A DNA stretch of 64,000 nucleotides from Acidobacteriota bacterium (GTDB taxonomy: Bacteria; Acidobacteriota; Vicinamibacteria; Vicinamibacterales; CAVVIG01): contig JAYTXA010000017.1 of NCBI GenBank assembly GCA_043743165.1, positions 22,512 through 86,511 of the forward strand. Reading direction: 5' to 3'. Positions 23,038 to 35,500 of this stretch are shown here, one piece after another. The number at the start of each line of letters is the position of its first letter. The stretch's first letter is position 1. Under the pieces are notes generated by a model. The model saw only the letters and a program-made list of their open reading frames with translations. It searched no databases and was not told where the DNA came from. Position numbers and translations under genes: made by a program.

Positions 23038-24213
23038 CTATCGCCCGAGCGAATATTCCAGGCCGGCGAACGGCAGTATCGGCGCGCGAAGGCCACCGCG
23101 CAACAGTGGCAGACCGACCGTGCCAACCAGTACCCATGTGTCCGTGAGGTTCCAGCGGATCCCCGGCGCGATGGTCAACGTGTGCAGCCCCCTGGATCCC
23201 GGGAGCAGGCGCAGGGTCTGGACGCCAGCCAGCGACGGATGCGGCTGAGCCGTCGTCACGATGTCGCCGGCTGTATCGACCCGCCGGCCAAACGCCTCGA
23301 CGTCGATCGTCAGCACAGGCGCCGCGGCCACAGCGAGCGCCGCACCGTACGTCATCTCGCTGGCCAGCCCGCCTCGCGCGATGCCGACGTTAGCGTGTAC
23401 TGCCGTGTTCGGTCCCTCGAGTGAACCAAGCGCCGCGATCCGCACGGATGCCGAGCCGGCGCCGAGGAGGTCGGCAGATCGGCCGGTCGGCAGCCTCGCA
23501 TCCACTGCAGCCGCGAGGGCACCGCCGTCCTGTTCGAACAGGGTCGCCTTGGCGCGTAGCAGAACGTCGGCCAGCCCGACCGCCCTCGCCTGTGCGGTGG
23601 CCTGGGTGAACTCGCGGCCGCGATACGTGTTCACGCGGGAGCCGTTGACGCGCAGCCAGACGAGCGGAGCGGCGGCGCCGATGTCGATGCGGTTCCCCAA
23701 GCCGACGCTGCCGTAGAGAGTGGCGATATCCGCGTCCATCTGTAACGTGAGGCGGTCGATGTCGAACGGCTCCGGTTCGTCCACGAACTGGTTGGCCGTG
23801 GTGACCAGCGAGCCGTCGCGCAGGTTGCGACCATCGAGCGCCGTGAAGTGCAGGTGCTGGAACGTCACCCCGAAGCCCGCCGTGCCAGCACCCGAGGTGA
23901 CGGCGCGGTCGACGAACATCGGCGCGAACGTTTGCGTCGAGCGCTCAACCGTGCCGAGCGCCGGGTTCAGGCGGTAGGTGAACGCACCGGAGGTTGAACT
24001 CACCGGGAGCGTGGCCAGGTTCACCAGCATCGCCCGCGCTATTGTCCGGCTTGTGGCTTCGGCAGCCGCACTGTCGCGCTCGATGCTGCCGGTGGCCACG
24101 GACTGGTTGGTGACGAGGAATGTCAGCGCGTCCTGAACACGCGACTGCGCCCGCGCCGTGGTGGCGATGGCGAGCAGGACGATGACCGACAGCGTGAGGC
24201 GTCTATGGTTCAT
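23038..24213 (-). CDS. Exported protein, probable outer-membrane barrel/transporter
   Basis: Signal peptide ARA|Q; alternating strands; ends PFAGLEYSLGR; overlaps the upstream lipoprotein gene. Confidence 0.65.
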   Translation of the reverse strand: MNHRRLTLSVIVLLAIATTARAQSRVQDALTFLVTNQSVATGSIERDSAAAEATSRTIARAMLVNLATLPVSSTSGAFTYRLNPALGTVERSTQTFAPMFVDRAVTSGAGTAGFGVTFQHLHFTALDGRNLRDGSLVTTANQFVDEPEPFDIDRLTLQMDADIATLYGSVGLGNRIDIGAAAPLVWLRVNGSRVNTYRGREFTQATAQARAVGLADVLLRAKATLFEQDGGALAAAVDARLPTGRSADLLGAGSASVRIAALGSLEGPNTAVHANVGIARGGLASEMTYGAALAVAAAPVLTIDVEAFGRRVDTAGDIVTTAQPHPSLAGVQTLRLLPGSRGLHTLTIAPGIRWNLTDTWVLVGTVGLPLLRGGLRAPILPFAGLEYSLGR

Positions 24214-25132
24214 TGCGGGTGATCTCGACGTCGGAGGCGAGGATGGGTCCGGACGGCTGGGTGAGCCCCGAGAGCCTCACCGTGTCGCCATTCGACAGGT
24301 TGCGGCACGTGTTGCCCCGGCTGAAATCCGTGGTGCGGTCCGTGACGACGTCGCGGCCATCCACTCGGAACCTCAGCGACGGGCACGATCCACTCAGCCC
24401 TGACACCGTACCCGACACGGAGACGGGGCCGGGAGGGTCAGTCGGCGGCGGTGTCGGCGGCGGTGGTGTTGGTGGCGGAGAGGTCGGGGGAGTCGTGGGC
24501 GTGGTGCCGGCCGCTTGGGTAATCGTGTACGGGTGTCCGCCCACCGTCACGTTGTCGCTCCGGGCCGCGCCCGTGTTCACCTCGACCGTAATCTGTAAGC
24601 TCCCGCTCGACTGGCCACTCGACCGCGACAGCGTCAGCCACGTCGCCCCGGACGACGCGGACCAGCCGCAGCCGGTCAGCGTCGTGATCTCCACTGACAG
24701 CGTGCCCCCGGCCGCACCGACCGAGTCGCTAACCCGACTCAGGCCGAAGTTGCACGCGGCCGCGGCCTGCGTCACTCCCAATCGCGCATCTTCCACCCGC
24801 AGGTCAGCGGACCTGATGGCGGGAGCGGGGTTGCTGGCCACCGTGAACGTCAGGGTCGCGTCGCCATTGCCGGCTCGCTCACCGCTCACTGCCACCCATC
24901 CAGCTGGTGAATCGACCGCCCAGGTGCAGTCGCGGGCGGCCGTGATGGTCAATTGTCCAATGCCGCCAGCGGCCGCGAACTCCAGCGGCGTTGCCGCCGC
25001 ACTGACCTGGCACTTGCTAATCGATGGGGTCGTCGCCGACGTGGTCGTCGACGTGCAAGCGGCAAGCAAGACCGTGCTCGCGGTGGCAGCGAGTGCCGCA
25101 GCTGCCAGAAGGGGACGACGATTCAGCTTCAC
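24203..25132 (-). CDS. Lipoprotein with two BACON-like Ig domains, Pro linker and DUF5666-like domain
   Basis: LAAC lipobox; CTW...WV...G.G...FTV..N repeated twice; poly-Pro/Thr linker; C-terminal beta domain. Confidence 0.8.
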   Translation of the reverse strand: MKLNRRPLLAAAALAATASTVLLAACTSTTTSATTPSISKCQVSAAATPLEFAAAGGIGQLTITAARDCTWAVDSPAGWVAVSGERAGNGDATLTFTVASNPAPAIRSADLRVEDARLGVTQAAAACNFGLSRVSDSVGAAGGTLSVEITTLTGCGWSASSGATWLTLSRSSGQSSGSLQITVEVNTGAARSDNVTVGGHPYTITQAAGTTPTTPPTSPPPTPPPPTPPPTDPPGPVSVSGTVSGLSGSCPSLRFRVDGRDVVTDRTTDFSRGNTCRNLSNGDTVRLSGLTQPSGPILASDVEITRNEP

Positions 25133-25144
25133 GCGCGCGTGTGA

Positions 25145-25160
25145 TGCACACGGCTCGCCA
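25145..25160 (-). promoter_or_regulatory. Candidate sigma-54 -24/-12 promoter
   Basis: Minus strand TGGCGAGCCGTGTGCA = GG-N10-GC; predicted +1 about 2 nt before GTG 25132. Confidence 0.45.
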
Positions 25161-25227
25161 GACCGCAGCGGATGGGCTGTTGATGCCTGGACCCGGCGGG
25201 AGCGTGAAGTACAATGCCCGCACTCCC

Positions 25228-25824
25228 GTGGAATATCACATCACCCAGTACGACCTCGAGCAGGGGGCGCTCGAGATACAGTACATCGAAGAGTATTTCG
25301 GAGAGTTCCCCCGCAAGAAGACCGCCGCCGAGATCGTGCGGCGCCTGAGCGATCGGGCCCACCTGATCCTGTTTGCCTCCGGGCCGGCACCGGACGACCC
25401 AGGCATGATCGTGCCCGTGTCGTACAAGGTGGCGCACGAGATCCGCATCGAGGAACTGGACCCGACGCTGCTCGAACTGGTGCATCGCCTGCGAGGGCAC
25501 GTGCAGTTCGATGGTCGTCGTGTGCTCTACACCTGGATTGGCGGCACGCGTCGCGACTGGCGCGGCCAGGGGCACTTCCGTGCGCTCACCGAGCAGCAGG
25601 AGTTCTGGGCCGTCGAGCACGGCTTCGACGAAGTCGTGGTGAAGACCAAGAACAAGTTCTACGAGATGCGCGGCACACTCGACCACCTCCGCTTCGAAGT
25701 GATGAAGTACGAGCGCAACCCGCTCGATAATGCTGAATCGAAGGTGTACCTGAGCAAGCGTCTGCACCCCGACCTGCTCGAGCGGCATCGCAGCTCGCGC
25801 ACGGTCGTGCAGGCCACCATCTGA
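25228..25824 (+). CDS. GNAT-fold protein
   Basis: YTWIGGTRRDWRGQG (acyl-CoA binding motif A); VKTKNKFYEM; start GTG 25228 is an estimate. Confidence 0.75.
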   Translation: MEYHITQYDLEQGALEIQYIEEYFGEFPRKKTAAEIVRRLSDRAHLILFASGPAPDDPGMIVPVSYKVAHEIRIEELDPTLLELVHRLRGHVQFDGRRVLYTWIGGTRRDWRGQGHFRALTEQQEFWAVEHGFDEVVVKTKNKFYEMRGTLDHLRFEVMKYERNPLDNAESKVYLSKRLHPDLLERHRSSRTVVQATI

Positions 25825-25828
25825 AACC

Positions 25829-26332
25829 ATGCCGCCACAGACGCCTTACCGCCACCACCTCGATAATCGCGAGCCACTGGTAGTCATGCGCGAGACGATC
25901 CCCGCCATCTCGAACGCCGTGGGCGGGTGGACACCGGAGCAGTTCGAGCGGCCTGTGGCGCCTGGCAAGTGGACCGCCCGTCAGGTGCTGATCCATCTGG
26001 CGCAGACCGAGCTCGCACTCGGTACCCGCTCGCGCATGGCGCTGACGCGGCCGGGCTTCATGGCCACTTCGTTCGATCAGGACAAGTGGCTGGCGCGTGA
26101 ACTCGGCATCAGCGGCCCCGATGCCGTGAACGTCTTCGTCGCATTGGCGTCGATCAACCTGGCGCTCTACGCGTCGTTGACGCCGGCCGACCGCGAGACT
26201 CCGCTGACCCACGACGACTACGGCCCGATGACCGTTGACTGGATCATCTATCAGGAGGCCGGTCACCAGGTGCATCATCTCGAGCAGTTGACGCTGCTTG
26301 GGAACCAGACTCCTGAGTTCTCACTTCCTTGA
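25829..26332 (+). CDS. DinB family protein
   Basis: PGKWTARQVLIHLAQTE and GHQVHHLEQL His-triad pattern. Confidence 0.88.
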   Translation: MPPQTPYRHHLDNREPLVVMRETIPAISNAVGGWTPEQFERPVAPGKWTARQVLIHLAQTELALGTRSRMALTRPGFMATSFDQDKWLARELGISGPDAVNVFVALASINLALYASLTPADRETPLTHDDYGPMTVDWIIYQEAGHQVHHLEQLTLLGNQTPEFSLP

Positions 26333-26813
26333 AGATGCCCGCCGCCCGGTCCTTCATCACGGCGTCCCAGTCGAAGCACTGGCCGTTCATGGCCAGATAG
26401 ACACCTGCTGGCAGCACCTGCACGAACGACAGGGCGCTACCGAGGTTGAACAACCCGTCGGAACTGCCGAAGGCGTAGGGCACCATTGCGCCGGTCAGGA
26501 CGATCGTCTTGGCCGCCAGCGCCGCGTCGCCGGCGGTGGCCAGCGCGCGGGCGGTGTCGACCATTGTGTCGGTGCCGTGCGTCACCACCAGCCTGGTCTC
26601 GGCCGCGTCGCGGCAGGCGCCGACGATGCGTGCGCGGTCAGCGTCGCGCATGTCGAGGCTGTCCATCATCATCAGCGTGTCGACCTCAACCTCGACGCGC
26701 GAGCGCCCCAGCCGCAGCATCTCGGGCACGTGCGTGTCCTTGAAGAACAGCGTGCCGTTCAGCTCGTGGTATTCCTTGTCGAAGGTACCGCCGGTGACCA
26801 GGACGCGAATCAT
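26244..26813 (-). CDS. Short asparaginase-domain protein
   Basis: TGGTFDK, DSLDM, THGTDTM and LTGAMVP motifs. Confidence 0.9.
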   Translation of the reverse strand: MIRVLVTGGTFDKEYHELNGTLFFKDTHVPEMLRLGRSRVEVEVDTLMMMDSLDMRDADRARIVGACRDAAETRLVVTHGTDTMVDTARALATAGDAALAAKTIVLTGAMVPYAFGSSDGLFNLGSALSFVQVLPAGVYLAMNGQCFDWDAVMKDRAAGIFKEVRTQESGSQAASTARDDAPGDRPPDR

Positions 26814-29482
26814 TGCTGCTGGTTCTCGGAGGCGATCGACGTGCCGTCGGCCGAGAGGTACAGCGCATTGAAGAGCATCGGGAACGTGGCGTGTGTCTGG
26901 GCGCGGTGCTGCGGCCGCAGGCCGAACAGCAGGATGTGACCGGGGCGCAGGTCCACTTCCACCACCGCCGCGCGGCCGGCCATGGCGTCTTCGCCGCGCA
27001 ACCAGCCGGAGGCCACGATGTCCTCGTTCGGATAGCGCGCGATCACCGAGGCGCGCGTGGCGTTGAAGCCGTCCACCAGCGTGAAAAACGGGCTGTTGTT
27101 GTAGAAGCCGTACGTATCCGACGCCATGCCGTAGCCGACCGGGTTCGACGTGTCGACCTGGATCCGCAGGATCGTGCCGGGCGCGAAGTGCTGATCGCGG
27201 CGCAAGGCGCGCTTCTGGTTGCGCACCGGCACCGGAAAGCGATCGATCACGAGGTCGGACGCCGCGCCGAGCGCGATCAGCGTGCCGCCGTCACTGACGA
27301 AGCGCTGCAGGCTGTCGACGCCGATGTCGCCGATGCCGCCGCGATACTCCGGCCTGATGGTGGCGCCGAGGTTGCCGTCCACGATCTCGCGCGGCGCCTG
27401 ATCCGCGAGGATGATGGCATCGAACCGGCGGCGCAGGCCGCCGGCGCGGATGTCCGCATTGTGCACGGTGGCGTACGGGAACTCGTACTGCTCGAGCACC
27501 CAGCGCGTCCACCCCTCGTCGATGTTGCCGCTGGTCCACGGCGCGTAGAGCGCCACACGCGGCGCGCGCAGCGGCTGCTTCGGCTCGTCCGGTACGCCCG
27601 GCGGTGGCGCCTCGACGGTGGAGAACGACACACCGAGATCGCGAGCCAGCTCCTCGAGCTGCGCGCGGCTCGCGCCGTCCACCAGTGCGTGCGACGACGG
27701 GGTGAAGGCCACTTTTACCCCGTCCTTCAGCAAGCGGTTCACCACCACGGCACTGTCGGCACCCGTGTACTCGAACATGAAGCGTGGGCCGTTGCCGGTG
27801 ACCCGGCCGGCGCTCCGCAGCGGAGCGGTGACGCGCGTCAGCTTCACGTTCGGCAGCGGCTCGTTCGCGAAGTCGACCGTGACCCCGAACTGCATGCCGA
27901 GCGACCACGCCGTCATGTCGTAAGGCGGTTCGGGCGGCAGGTTCGGCGCGCGCCGCACCTCGGGGTAGGTCTGCTTCTCGAGCAGGTCTTTCGCGTAGCG
28001 CGCGAACACCTGCGTCATCGGCACGACCAGCGTACCCGCCGAGTACGGCGTGTCGTCGACGTTGAACGCCGTCTCCGCCCGGTAGACCTCGACGCCGCCC
28101 ATCATCAGTCGCTCCGCCAGGTGCATGGCTTCGCGCGAATCCTGCTGCAGGTCGAGCGGAATCAGGATGGACTTCACCACGCCGGTGCGCCCGTCCTCCA
28201 CCGTCTGCCGGTTCACTTCGTAGATCTGGCGGAGCACCGTTTCGCGGCGGTCGGCCGCGGTGTCCAGCAGCGCGAGCGTCGAGATGAACTGGTAGTCGAC
28301 GATGTCGCGCAGCGTCCAGCGTCCGCCGAGCCACGGCCGCGGATACTCGGTGCGCGGGGTCGTGTCGGCCGGTGCACCGAGCGTGGCCATCCCGGGGACG
28401 ATGGCGTCCATGGCGGCCTCACGCACGAAGTCGCCGGGGCCGCTGCTGCGAGCGGCGGTCTTGATCTGATCGGTCGGGGACGCGATACGAACGCTCGCGA
28501 TCTCCGTCAGCAGGCCGATCTGGTTGTGCCACCACCCGGCCCAGGCCATCGCGCCCTGCCAGAAGTTGGTGTAGGTCGAGTTGTAGATGATGCCGTCCTT
28601 GCCGGCCGCTTCGAGCGCGGCCGCCTGCGACTGCCCCATGATGGCGTTCCACCGGTAGATCAGCGGATGCACGTTCGGGTTGATCGGGTCGGTCGCCGGC
28701 ATGACGAAGATGCGCGGGCCGCCAGCGCCCATCTGGTGCTGGTCGAGCCATACCGCCGGCAACCAGTCGTGCCAGGCCACCTGCGCCACGTACTGGCTCT
28801 CCTTCTGGGTGAGCATGTACATGTCGCGGTTGTTGTCGTGCCCGATGTACGGGTGGTACAGCACGGGCAGCGGACTCGCCTCGTACGGGGTGCCGAGGTT
28901 CTTGTTGAACCAGTCGGTGACGAGCACCTGACCGTCCGGGTTCAGGCTCGGCACGAGCAGCAGGATGACGTTGTCGAGGATGTTCTTCGTGGCGGCGGAG
29001 TCGTCGGTCACCAGATGGTGTACCAGTTCGAGCGCGGCCTGGGTGGGACCCACCTCCGTGGCATGGACGCTCGCGCCCACCATCACCACCACCTTACCCT
29101 GCCGGAAGATCTCGTCGCGCTCGCGCGGCGTCGGCGCGCCGTTCTGGAAGTAGAGCTTCTTCTCGTACTGCTTGAAGCGGTCGAGATTCTTCAGCGTTTC
29201 CGGCGCGGCGATCTCGAGCATCACGAAGGCGTTGCCGCCATTCGTCTTGCCCAGCTCCCGCAGCCGCACGCGGTCGGACGCCGCCGCCACGGCCTTCATG
29301 TACTCGACGATGCGATCCCAGCGGGCGAGCTTGTTGTCGGCGCCGACCTTGAAGCCGATAAACTGTTCCGGCGTCGGCACGCCGGCAGCGGCCAGTACGC
29401 GGCCCGGCGTACGCAGCAGCGTGACGGCGGCCAGCAGGGCAACCAGGCAGACGGAGAACCGGGCGGCGCGGCCGGCGGGCAT
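26810..29482 (-). CDS. M14 family zinc carboxypeptidase-like exported protein with C-terminal GATase1-like domain
   Basis: VHATE, NPDG, DNNRD, DQHQ and DEGWTRWVLEQ motifs; signal peptide. Confidence 0.88.
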   Translation of the reverse strand: MPAGRAARFSVCLVALLAAVTLLRTPGRVLAAAGVPTPEQFIGFKVGADNKLARWDRIVEYMKAVAAASDRVRLRELGKTNGGNAFVMLEIAAPETLKNLDRFKQYEKKLYFQNGAPTPRERDEIFRQGKVVVMVGASVHATEVGPTQAALELVHHLVTDDSAATKNILDNVILLLVPSLNPDGQVLVTDWFNKNLGTPYEASPLPVLYHPYIGHDNNRDMYMLTQKESQYVAQVAWHDWLPAVWLDQHQMGAGGPRIFVMPATDPINPNVHPLIYRWNAIMGQSQAAALEAAGKDGIIYNSTYTNFWQGAMAWAGWWHNQIGLLTEIASVRIASPTDQIKTAARSSGPGDFVREAAMDAIVPGMATLGAPADTTPRTEYPRPWLGGRWTLRDIVDYQFISTLALLDTAADRRETVLRQIYEVNRQTVEDGRTGVVKSILIPLDLQQDSREAMHLAERLMMGGVEVYRAETAFNVDDTPYSAGTLVVPMTQVFARYAKDLLEKQTYPEVRRAPNLPPEPPYDMTAWSLGMQFGVTVDFANEPLPNVKLTRVTAPLRSAGRVTGNGPRFMFEYTGADSAVVVNRLLKDGVKVAFTPSSHALVDGASRAQLEELARDLGVSFSTVEAPPPGVPDEPKQPLRAPRVALYAPWTSGNIDEGWTRWVLEQYEFPYATVHNADIRAGGLRRRFDAIILADQAPREIVDGNLGATIRPEYRGGIGDIGVDSLQRFVSDGGTLIALGAASDLVIDRFPVPVRNQKRALRRDQHFAPGTILRIQVDTSNPVGYGMASDTYGFYNNSPFFTLVDGFNATRASVIARYPNEDIVASGWLRGEDAMAGRAAVVEVDLRPGHILLFGLRPQHRAQTHATFPMLFNALYLSADGTSIASENQQQ

Positions 29483-29497
29483 TGGGGAAGAATAGTG

Positions 29498-29544
29498 GTC
29501 GCACGTCACAAGTCGCAAGTCGCAATTAGTTAGTCGCTAGTCGG
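29498..29544. repeat. Heptamer tandem repeat (GTCGCAA-like)
   Basis: GTCGCAC GTCACAA GTCGCAA GTCGCAA ... TAGTCGC TAGTCGG in the divergent intergenic region. Confidence 0.7.
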
Positions 29545-29556
29545 ACGGGAGCAGGC

Positions 29557-30764
29557 ATGTCAGGACGGGCAGCGGAGGTGGGGCGAGCTGTCACGCGGAT
29601 GGACGCGGTGCAGTCGCCGATCATTCCCGTGATTGCGGCGATGATCCGTGAAACGCCGGGCACGATCTCTCTGGGACAGGGCGTGGTGCACTACGGCCCG
29701 CCCCAGGCGGCGGTTGACGCGGTGCGCGACGCGCTCGGCTCCCCCGAGTCGAGCCGGTTGCTGCACGGCTACGGCGACGGCTCGGGCTATGCCCCGCTCG
29801 TCGTGGCGATTACCGCGAAGCTGCAGGCCGAGAACGGTATCGACGTTGAGCAGGGGAGCCGCGTCATGGTGACGGCCGGGGCGAACATGGCCTTCATGCA
29901 CGCGGTCATGGCCATCACGGCGCCAGGCGACGAGGTCATCCTTCCGGTTCCGTTCTATTTCAACCACGAGATGGCGGTCGAGATGGCCGGGTGCCGCGTC
30001 GTGCGCGTGCCAACCGACGAGCGCTACCAGTTGCGCGTCGACGCCATCGCCGCCGCCATCACCCCGCGCACCCGCGCGGTCGTCACCATCTCGCCCAACA
30101 ACCCGAGCGGCGCCGTGCTCAGCGCAGACTCGCTCCTGGCGGTGAACACGCTCTGCGCCGAACGCGGGCTGTATCACCTCTCCGACGAGCCGTACGAGTA
30201 CTTCACCTACGGCGTGCCGCACACCTCACCGGGCTCGTTCCCAGGCGCGGCGGCGCACACCATCTCGATGTTTTCGCTATCGAAGGCGTACGGCTTTGCG
30301 GGCTGGCGCATCGGCTACGTCGTCTATCCGGCCGCGCTCTTCTCCGCGATGATGAAGAGTCAGGACACGATTCTCATCAACCCGACCATGGCGGCGCAGG
30401 TCGGCGCTGAAGCCGCGTTGCGCGTTGGCCGGGCCTACGCCGACCCGTACGTGCGCGAACTGGCCTCCATCCGCGACATCGTGTTCTCGGAGCTGAACGC
30501 GCTCGAGCCGCTCGCCCGCGTGCCGGCAGCGGACGGCGCCTTCTACGCGCTGATGAAGGTGGAAACGACCCAGGCGCCGCTCGCGCTGGCCGAGCGGCTG
30601 ATTCGCGAGCACAAGGTGGCCGTCATCCCGGGCGACGCGTTCGGCATGACCGATGGCTGCTATTTCCGCGTGGCGTTCGGCGCGCTGCAGAAGGCGACGG
30701 TTGCAGAAGGTGTAGGGCGGTTAGTGGAAGGGCTGAAGCAGATAGTCGTTGGTCAATCGACTAT

Positions 30765-30768
<4 letters not shown>
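29557..30768 (+). CDS. PLP-dependent aminotransferase class I/II
   Basis: ISLGQG, TAGAN, SPNNPSG, DEPY and [15 protein letters not shown] motifs. Confidence 0.93.
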
Positions 30769-32681
<1,913 letters not shown>

Positions 32682-32713
32682 GTATATACTTCAGCTCTTT
32701 TGGGGCTTGCCTG

Positions 32714-35500
32714 ATGCGGCGTGCGCTGTGGTGGTGCTCGACGATTGTAGCGGCATTTCAGTTGCAGCTCGCCGCAGCCGAGCCGCCGACCACGCGTGTG
32801 CCGGTGTTGCCATCGGTGGCCGCGCTGGCCGTGCGAGTCGACCTCGATGTGCGCCGTGAGCGCGGGCGCTTCGCCGCGGAAGTCATCCGCCGCGTGTATG
32901 CCCCGCCGGCGAGCCGGCAGGTTCCGCTCGATTTGCTACTCACCGAGCCGCCGGCCGCTGCGCCGCTGCTGGTAGACGTGCCGCTCACGCCAGACATCTG
33001 GAGCCGCGCGATATTCAAGCGCCCAGTCACCACCGAGCAACTGCTGGCGTCGATCCTCGCCGACCGGCGCGCCGCGCTCCTCTGCCGCGGTCTGCTCGGT
33101 GCCGACGACGACACGCTGGCGTTCTACGCGTCGCATCCGGCGCTGCTGACGTTCATCTACGAGCGCGCGCCAGGCGCATTCGCGGCGTTTGCCGGCAGCA
33201 TCCGAATCCGCGACGGCCAGCTGGTGGTGCCGGGCGGTGAACCGGCGCGTGTGCTGTGGGACGTTGCCGTGGCCGCGCCGACGGACGATCCTGAGGCATT
33301 CCTTCGCGCCCTGTTGTTCGAGCCCGAGGCGCGGCCGGCCTATATGTTCGACGTGCTGGCGACCGCGTCGCCCGAGTCGCGCGCCTTCGCGCTCGGGCTG
33401 TGGATCGCCGACCCGTCGCTCCGCGCCCGGCGGTTCCAGGCGCTGCTGGCCGAAGTGCGCACGTCGTTTCGGGAGTGGCACGTGGAGGAGCTGCCGTTCG
33501 GGCGTCCGCTGAACGATCTGGCGCTTCTGCTCCTGCGCATCCGAACCGGGTCGGACGGCGCACCGGCCGCCCCCGCCGATCGCCGCTTCTGGGCGTCGGT
33601 GTTCGACGCCGATCCGTTGGCGGTCGCGCCCGGCGACATGGCTGCGGCCGCGCACACTCGCATCGACGCCGCGTGGCTGCTGCGAGCGACCAGCGGCGAC
33701 ATGTACGCTCGCGGCGATCGCCTCGACCAACTGGCATTCGGACAGCGCGTCTTCGGCTCGCGCGCGGCTGCGGCGTCCGAGCCGTCGGCGTCGGTGCTGC
33801 ACGAGATGACAACGAGGCGAATGCTGCTGCTGGAACTCGAGCGGATGGGCATCAGCAGCCCGGACGTCTACGCCGCGGGGCTGCGTCAGGCGCGCCTTGC
33901 CGGCGCCGGTGGCGGCGATCGCTTCTGGACACTGGCGCAGCTGCAGGGGGCGTTCGCGGTGGTGGCCCGCATGACGTGGACCGGCACGCTCGATTCACCG
34001 TCCGCCGAGGCGCTGATGCGCTCGCTCTTTGCCCTGCCGCTTCAGGACGGCGACGTGCGAGGTGCGCTGGCGGACTGGTATCAGTCGATGCTGTCCGCGC
34101 ACCTCCCGGCTGGCGAGAATTGGCAGGCGCGAACCGTCGCGGGTGTGGCTGGTGGTCCCACGCCAGGCGATCCCATCGTCGACTGGGAGGGCGAGCGCTA
34201 CCGCATCGATCTGGCCGGCGCCGAGCGCCGCCGCATCGAGGCGATCCAGAGCCGGCAAGGCGGACCCGATCTCGACACAGCTTTTGCAGTCGCCGGGCTC
34301 GCACGGAAGGCGGCGCAGGTGGTCACGCCCGAGGCCGCGCGTGAGGTGGCCGGCGAGGCTCGGCAGCTCGTGTCAACTGCAGGTCGACTCCTCGCCCGTC
34401 CTCCTGTTGCCGGGATGGCCGCCGGTGTGGCGCTGCCCAGGGACGGTCGCGAGTGGCTCATGCGAACTGCCAGCGAACTCGAACGTGCAGTGCGCGAGAA
34501 CGACCTGCGCCGCGCGAATCGTGCCGGCGAGGCGTTGCTGCCACTCGGCGACATCGCGCTCGGACAGGCGCTGCTCTCCCTCGTCTACGCCATCCATCTG
34601 GGCGATCCCGACGGTCCCGCACTGCTCGGCGCCAACGTCTCGCTGCGGCACGACTTCGGCTTCGGCCGGCGCGACGGCGAGAATCGGGCGCGCGGGCCGT
34701 GGGCGCTGCCGCGGCAGGACTTCCAGCCGGGCGTGCCGTGGCACGTCACCGGGTCGCTGGTCGGGCTCGACATTGCGCTGGCGCCGCTCTCCCTGCGCCG
34801 GATGAGCATGGACAGCCTGGCGAACCCGCCGCGGCTGCAGTCGATCGAGCGCGAGGCCTTTGCCGTGAACGTGGCCCTGCTTGATCCACGCGCACTCGGC
34901 GACATCGATCGCGACCGCATCGTTGACGCCATCGGGCGAGGCCGCGCCCGCGTCAGAACACTTGGCGCCGCTCCTGCTGCTGAGTTCGGAAAGTTGGAGA
35001 ACGAGCTGGCGCTCGACGGCTGGCGGGTACGAACGTTGCGCTGGGTGCTGCACAATGAACCCGCTTCGATCGAGAATCAGTTCTCGCTCGCCGAGCTCGC
35101 CACGCTCGGCGGTCTCGAGCCGGCTGCCTTCGACACGTGGGGCGCGAACAGCCTGCTGTCGGTAGGCTGTCTGTGCACCCGCTTCCCACTGCCGCGCATC
35201 TGGCGCGTGCTGGCCGGGCGAACCCAGTTGGCGATGATGGCCGCTTCAACGGTGGAGATGAACCTGGAACTCGCGCAGCGTTTCGCCGTCCTGCATCTGC
35301 CGGCTGCCCTGCTGCCGTCGGTGCTCGCGACGGCGATGCAGGACTTCGTGGACACGGTCGACACGGCAGACGCCAACGATCTGACGGCACTGTCGGGTCA
35401 TGCCCGCGCGCTCGGTCGCAACGCGGTGGACGACTATGTGGCTGCGACCGCCGCGAATGGTCCGCTCGTTCCTGCACACGAGGTCAGCTTCGAACCGTAA
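32714..35500 (+). CDS. Large hypothetical exported protein (about 928 aa, helical)
   Basis: Signal peptide-like N-terminus; long ORF; TAATG coupling to the next gene. Confidence 0.75.
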   Translation: MRRALWWCSTIVAAFQLQLAAAEPPTTRVPVLPSVAALAVRVDLDVRRERGRFAAEVIRRVYAPPASRQVPLDLLLTEPPAAAPLLVDVPLTPDIWSRAIFKRPVTTEQLLASILADRRAALLCRGLLGADDDTLAFYASHPALLTFIYERAPGAFAAFAGSIRIRDGQLVVPGGEPARVLWDVAVAAPTDDPEAFLRALLFEPEARPAYMFDVLATASPESRAFALGLWIADPSLRARRFQALLAEVRTSFREWHVEELPFGRPLNDLALLLLRIRTGSDGAPAAPADRRFWASVFDADPLAVAPGDMAAAAHTRIDAAWLLRATSGDMYARGDRLDQLAFGQRVFGSRAAAASEPSASVLHEMTTRRMLLLELERMGISSPDVYAAGLRQARLAGAGGGDRFWTLAQLQGAFAVVARMTWTGTLDSPSAEALMRSLFALPLQDGDVRGALADWYQSMLSAHLPAGENWQARTVAGVAGGPTPGDPIVDWEGERYRIDLAGAERRRIEAIQSRQGGPDLDTAFAVAGLARKAAQVVTPEAAREVAGEARQLVSTAGRLLARPPVAGMAAGVALPRDGREWLMRTASELERAVRENDLRRANRAGEALLPLGDIALGQALLSLVYAIHLGDPDGPALLGANVSLRHDFGFGRRDGENRARGPWALPRQDFQPGVPWHVTGSLVGLDIALAPLSLRRMSMDSLANPPRLQSIEREAFAVNVALLDPRALGDIDRDRIVDAIGRGRARVRTLGAAPAAEFGKLENELALDGWRVRTLRWVLHNEPASIENQFSLAELATLGGLEPAAFDTWGANSLLSVGCLCTRFPLPRIWRVLAGRTQLAMMAASTVEMNLELAQRFAVLHLPAALLPSVLATAMQDFVDTVDTADANDLTALSGHARALGRNAVDDYVAATAANGPLVPAHEVSFEP

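Noticed and set aside
26813-29533. 906-aa antisense ORF (similar ones at 53185..55230, 57706..59694, 11413..13071)
   Set aside because: Shadow frames of real genes caused by high-GC codon bias; no recognisable motifs.
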